The notes under the pieces: generated by a model
What the model saw: only the letters and a program-made list of their open reading frames with translations
Database searches by the model: none
Told to the model about the DNA's origin: nothing
Shown: piece after piece, positions 59,763 to 64,000 of the stretch
Layout: each line of letters begins with the position of its first letter
Numbering within the stretch: position 1 is the stretch's first letter
Assembly: GCA_963702205.1 (NCBI GenBank)
Contig: OY969724.1
Span: 2,656,001 to 2,720,000, forward strand
Source of the DNA: an uncultured candidate division Zixibacteria bacterium
GTDB taxonomy: Bacteria; Zixibacteria; MSB-5A5; GN15; PGXB01
DNA: 64,000 nt
Direction of reading: 5' to 3'
Program-made: the position numbers and the translations under genes

Positions 59763-61079
59763 TCAACTTTCTGCGGCCGGTACTTTGCGGAAGATATATA
59801 GCCCCACTGCCATCATAAGAGCAAGTGAAAACAGAGCAATTTTGTATGGCATTTTTATGGCGGCAGTGCTGTCAAGGGACAACCACCCGGAAACCATCGA
59901 ACCCAGTGGCCGCGACGGTGCAAATAAATATACCAGCACACCCCATACCAGCGGACCGACCACCGCCGCGGCTCTTCCAGAGAGCGAATAAAGTCCAAAA
60001 AAACGCCCGAGCTCGTTTTCAGGGACCATCTCTCCCAGCAGCGGCCTTGATACGGTCCACAGTCCGCCAAGAAGCACACCCACTAACGAACCGAGAAAAT
60101 ATATAACCGTGATGTTATCGAACAACAGGAACAGCAAAAGGACTATGATCCAGAGCCGTACTATGGCGGTCATGAGTTTTTTCAAAACCACTCTTTTCGA
60201 CAGCGCCCCGATCGCGAACGACCCAATCACCGCCGATACGGTTGACACGATCAGAAACACGGTAAGATCGGCATCGGCGAACCCGATGACAATCGAAGAA
60301 AATATCCCGATGTTTAAAATCACGGTGGCGACGGCATCCTCGAAAAAATAATCGGCGATAAGAAACCGCAATACTCCGGGATATTTGCGAGTCTGCCTGA
60401 TACCGTCCCAGACGTCTTTGTACGCTCTTTTTAAACCGGCCGACCTGGACTTGATCGCCAGATGCTTTTCATTTACCCAGAAAAACAGCGGCAGCGAAAA
60501 AATAAAAAACAAAATCGCGGTTGGCAGAAACGCAGCGTTCTTTCCGCCCGCTTCGAAAAATGGAACCTCCAGCCCAAACAGCGTTCCGGTAACCGGCGGA
60601 AGAATCAGCACCATCCCGATAATCGCACCGAAGTAGCCCAGGGCCACCCCGAACCCCGACACCATGCGGGCCCGACGCCCTTCGGATACGGCGTAGAGCA
60701 GAGAATTATAAAACACCATGCCGCCTTCGTAAAAGAAATTGGACAGGGCAAAAAAGACCGCAATCAGAACAAAATACGTAAGCGGGATCAGTGGGATTAT
60801 CCCGGTCGCGAGACAGCACGAAAACGTGAACAGAAAAAGAAACAGCTTCTTCTTTCGGCTGTGATCGGACAGCGCCCCCATCGCGGGCATAATTAAAGCC
60901 ACCAGCAACATCGAAGCGGCGTACGGCACGTCATAGTACAACCCGTCGCGCCCGAGGTCCTCGACAATCCAGCGCTTCAAGTACAATGATAAGATGTTCA
61001 TGGAGTAGATGGTATTGGCGAAGTCATACAGCGACCAGCCGATAACATCCTTGCGCAGAAGCGTCGCGGCTTTGCTCAA
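59763..61079 (-). CDS. MFS transporter (UMF1/Atg22-like)
   Basis: WSLYDFAN, FYNSLL, SGFGVALGY, GRFFGLY; about 12 TM helices. Confidence 0.88.
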   Translation of the reverse strand: MSKAATLLRKDVIGWSLYDFANTIYSMNILSLYLKRWIVEDLGRDGLYYDVPYAASMLLVALIMPAMGALSDHSRKKKLFLFLFTFSCCLATGIIPLIPLTYFVLIAVFFALSNFFYEGGMVFYNSLLYAVSEGRRARMVSGFGVALGYFGAIIGMVLILPPVTGTLFGLEVPFFEAGGKNAAFLPTAILFFIFSLPLFFWVNEKHLAIKSRSAGLKRAYKDVWDGIRQTRKYPGVLRFLIADYFFEDAVATVILNIGIFSSIVIGFADADLTVFLIVSTVSAVIGSFAIGALSKRVVLKKLMTAIVRLWIIVLLLFLLFDNITVIYFLGSLVGVLLGGLWTVSRPLLGEMVPENELGRFFGLYSLSGRAAAVVGPLVWGVLVYLFAPSRPLGSMVSGWLSLDSTAAIKMPYKIALFSLALMMAVGLYIFRKVPAAES

Positions 61080-61624
61080 AGCCCCAACCTGTCGGCGATG
61101 GTCATCATACCGTCACGCACCATTTCCAAAAACTCGGGCAGCTCCAAACCAATCTCGGAGCAGGCCGCGATATTTTCACGGGTCGCTCCGGCGGCGAATC
61201 TTTTCTCACCGAACCGCCGCATCATGAAATCGGCGTCGATTCCGGAGAGTTTTTTCGACGGATGCATCAGGGCACAGGCCACAATGAAACCGGTCGACGG
61301 ATCGACCGCGTACAAAGACCATTCCATCCTCGTCTCACACGGGGCGTGGCCCGGGTGACAGCGAATTGCGCGGATCATCTCAGAGGGCAGATTGTATTCT
61401 TCAAGCCATTCTTCGGTGACGAATGTATGACGGTCGGGATCTTTAGCGGTGACATCATAATCGAGATCGTGCAGAAGGCCGGTCAGCCCCCAGAACTCAA
61501 CGTCTTCATTAAAATGCCCCGCCAGCTTCCTCATCCCGGCTTCGACCGCGAGAATATGTTTGCGGAGATTCTTGTTGGCGATCTTCGATTCCATCAACTG
61601 AAAGGCGGTCTCTCGGTCAATCAT
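61076..61624 (-). CDS. HD/HDIG domain metal-dependent hydrolase
   Basis: NLRKH, GLLHDLDY, KRFAAG. Confidence 0.88.
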   Translation of the reverse strand: MIDRETAFQLMESKIANKNLRKHILAVEAGMRKLAGHFNEDVEFWGLTGLLHDLDYDVTAKDPDRHTFVTEEWLEEYNLPSEMIRAIRCHPGHAPCETRMEWSLYAVDPSTGFIVACALMHPSKKLSGIDADFMMRRFGEKRFAAGATRENIAACSEIGLELPEFLEMVRDGMMTIADRLGL

Positions 61625-61656
61625 AATAAATATCCTTTATTGAAATCAGTCCGCCA

Positions 61657-61685
61657 AATATACGTCGCCAAAACATAATTGTCAA
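61657..61685 (-). promoter_or_regulatory. putative sigma70 promoter of the HD-MFS-PHP operon
   Basis: Minus strand TTGACA-17 nt-TATATT. Confidence 0.55.
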
Positions 61686-61725
61686 AATTCCTGATATTGT
61701 CTATTATATTCCAATCGGAGATATT

Positions 61726-63675
61726 TTGGCATTGGAAGATAAAGACATCAAATACCGGATGATTTTAGTCCCCGTTGTGATTGGAGCACTTTCGGCGCTC
61801 CTGATCCTGGCCGGGACTGTCCCTTTAAAATCCTTCTGGGGAATCAACAACCTCAGGTATTTTTCATCCGGAATTAGGATATTTTATGCGGTCATTATCA
61901 TATTTTTATTCATTCCCCGGCTTCGGTTATTAATTATTGGTTTTTTGAGCACCATTTCAAAGATATTCCCGCGGCTGCCGGGAGTGATTCGATATCTGAT
62001 AGTCGCCATAATGTCGGGTATCATCTTTTATCTTTTTCGCGTCCACGTCCATTCGCTCGGCGACGGTTACATGCGCATCGGGCAAATCGAAACCGGCCTG
62101 AGATTTCTTCATACCGAGCTTCTGGATTTCTGGCTGCATGGGGCGCTTTACGATCTTCTCAACCATTTCGACTCCGTGTCCGGCGAGGCCGTCTATCAGA
62201 TATTCAGTATCGGGATCGGCATGATATTTGTACTTATCATTTATGGTCTTGATCTCAAAGATATTACACCCGGAAACTCCTCGGCCGCGCTAAAATGGTT
62301 GATTACTTGTTTCGGCGGGGCGCAGTTGTTCTTCGGCTATGTTGAATCGTACGCTCTGTTTTATACCGCCATGATCATTTATGCCCTTCTGGCATATAGA
62401 TACCTTTTGACCGGCCGCAAGTTTTGGCAGGTATCGCTGGCTTACTCTATTGGCCTGGCGGCACACATGGCGGGGTTTATATTCCTGCCGACATATTTAT
62501 ACCTGGCATATAAAGCATCTAAAGGCAAAAAAGAAAAACCGGTCTTCTCCAATTATTTATTTACCGGATTGGTCGGCCTGCTTGCGGTCACTTTTATCAT
62601 AATGGAAATCGTGACCCGAATAAAACACGGGCAGTACCTTCCGTCTGCATCCGGATATTTGTTGCCTCTCTTTTCAGGGGATTATTCAGTATTTGCGGGG
62701 CATCATCTGTTTGATATACTGAACGAACTGTTATTGGTCATACCGGGACCACTCGCTTTCATAGTCCCAATTATTTGGTCGCGCCAAAATAATTCGCAAG
62801 TTTCAATAAAAGCCTTTGGAATTTTAATGATTCTGTGCGCGGTGTTTTTTCTCGTCGCCATAAATCCGACTCTTGGCTATGCCCGTGACTGGGACCTGTT
62901 CTCGACTCCAACCGCTCTGCTCGGCTGCACCGTGCTGGTCTTCTATTTCCGCAAGATGGTGCAGAATAACACGACAAGCCTTGCCCTCCCGGCTTTGCTC
63001 GCAACCGCTTTTGTGTCGGTCTGGATTCTAACCAACGCCACACCGCAGCGCCAGCTTCGACGGGCCGAGGACCTTTTGTCGCTCAGCGATCAGGGTCGGG
63101 GCTATTGCACCGAACTTCTGGCGCATTATTATCGCTACGAAGCCAAGGACAATCAGAAAGTGCTCGACCTGCTGGGGAGCATCACCGGCCCCGCTCGCAA
63201 TGCCCGGGTGCTGCGGATCATGGCCGTGACACAATACGAGATGGGCCACTATGCCAATGCCCTCGTCACCGCCCGCGAGGGGATTGCACAGGACAGCACC
63301 GACGCCGAGCTCAATTACGTGGCAGGGATGTCGCTGACCGAGCTCGGGTTTGCCGATTCGGCCACGAGCTATCTTGAGGTCGCACAGCGCCATGATTCAC
63401 GCAACTACATTTTCGCCCGCTCGCTGGCCAAAAACTATTATTCGATCGGGCGGGTCGAGACCGCTCTTGAGGGCTATAAATACGCCATTTCTCTGGACCC
63501 GAAAAAGTATGTCGGATATTTCGACGTGGCCGTGATATATCTGGAGCATGGCCAACTGGATTCGGCCTTTGTCTATGCCCAGGCCGGGCTTAAAGTCGCC
63601 CCGGATTATCAGCCCGGCTATGACATTATGGACGCCATCAAAGCTGCCGCCCGCAACGGCCTGCAACGGCCATAG
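61726..63675 (+). CDS. polytopic membrane protein with C-terminal TPR repeats (GT-C glycosyltransferase-like)
   Basis: About 12-13 TM helices, loop motifs LGDG, FGYVESY and RDWDLF, then TPR-like repeats (ALEGYKYAISLDPK). Confidence 0.65.
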   Translation: MALEDKDIKYRMILVPVVIGALSALLILAGTVPLKSFWGINNLRYFSSGIRIFYAVIIIFLFIPRLRLLIIGFLSTISKIFPRLPGVIRYLIVAIMSGIIFYLFRVHVHSLGDGYMRIGQIETGLRFLHTELLDFWLHGALYDLLNHFDSVSGEAVYQIFSIGIGMIFVLIIYGLDLKDITPGNSSAALKWLITCFGGAQLFFGYVESYALFYTAMIIYALLAYRYLLTGRKFWQVSLAYSIGLAAHMAGFIFLPTYLYLAYKASKGKKEKPVFSNYLFTGLVGLLAVTFIIMEIVTRIKHGQYLPSASGYLLPLFSGDYSVFAGHHLFDILNELLLVIPGPLAFIVPIIWSRQNNSQVSIKAFGILMILCAVFFLVAINPTLGYARDWDLFSTPTALLGCTVLVFYFRKMVQNNTTSLALPALLATAFVSVWILTNATPQRQLRRAEDLLSLSDQGRGYCTELLAHYYRYEAKDNQKVLDLLGSITGPARNARVLRIMAVTQYEMGHYANALVTAREGIAQDSTDAELNYVAGMSLTELGFADSATSYLEVAQRHDSRNYIFARSLAKNYYSIGRVETALEGYKYAISLDPKKYVGYFDVAVIYLEHGQLDSAFVYAQAGLKVAPDYQPGYDIMDAIKAAARNGLQRP

Positions 63676-63692
63676 CGTCCCCTGCGTCGTGC

Positions 63693-63950
63693 CCGGCGGG
63701 TCCCCTCAGACCCGCCGGTCTTGATCTTTAGAGCAGGACCCGAGCATAGCGAAGCGGTCCTGCCAAGCTGAAAATGGCGGAACCACTACCCTTCAAAAGA
63801 TCCGGGTCTTCGAAAGGGTTCCGCCCTAAAGGATATGAACTGATTGTCATGCTCGCATAAATTTTTGTCGGTATTCCGACAACTCTTGTAGGCTCCCGTA
63901 GGTCACGCCGACTTGTCGAAGACCCTGATTCTTGCGAAGGGCGGCGTGAC
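63693..63950. repeat. cluster of five GC-rich inverted repeats (REP-like)
   Basis: Stems CCGGCGGGTC/GACCCGCCGG, GCAGGACC/GGTCCTGC, GGCGGAACC/GGTTCCGCC, TTGTCGG/CCGACAA, GTCACGCCG/CGGCGTGAC. Confidence 0.55.
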
Positions 63951-64000
63951 ATCTTTTCTTTATCCAACCCCACCCCAAACAAAGAGGCTTGTTGAAAAAG

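Noticed and set aside
63728..63982. 84-aa minus-strand ORF
   Set aside because: Runs through the palindrome cluster; no motif support
1..64000. CRISPR array, rRNA/tRNA genes, integrase or transposase
   Set aside because: No regularly spaced direct repeats, tRNA arms or recombinase motifs recognised by eye; tRNAscan and Infernal were not run

Overview
Bacterial chromosomal window, mostly core genome, from a diderm organism (bamA, skp, lpxD). It is probably an FCB-related lineage such as candidate Zixibacteria, inferred from the dockerin/cohesin and NYPNPFN-tailed secreted proteins. It contains a dtd-maf-rodZ-smc-ftsY-yjbQ-rlmH operon, uvrB, rplU-bamA-skp-lpxD, ssb, rsmI-lgt, nadA, gltX, an ADP-forming acyl-CoA synthetase, purF and a complete 14-gene nuoA-N (complex I) operon. 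Most notable: a 73-codon glutaredoxin-like gene inside the nuo operon between nuoM and nuoN, ending GGG-UGA-Gly-Ile-stop with a SECIS-like hairpin (probable UXX-star selenoprotein), next to a NuoM carrying an unusual two-cysteine tail. Also notable: a ~2500-aa Cys-rich repeat protein with both cohesin-like and dockerin domains, a dockerin-bearing S8 protease, two +1 frameshifts (bamA and a secreted protein; probably assembly errors), an unannotated 52-aa ORF, a Rex/CRP-like site upstream of nuoA and a cluster of REP-like palindromes at the right end. No rRNA, tRNA, CRISPR array or transposase was recognised.
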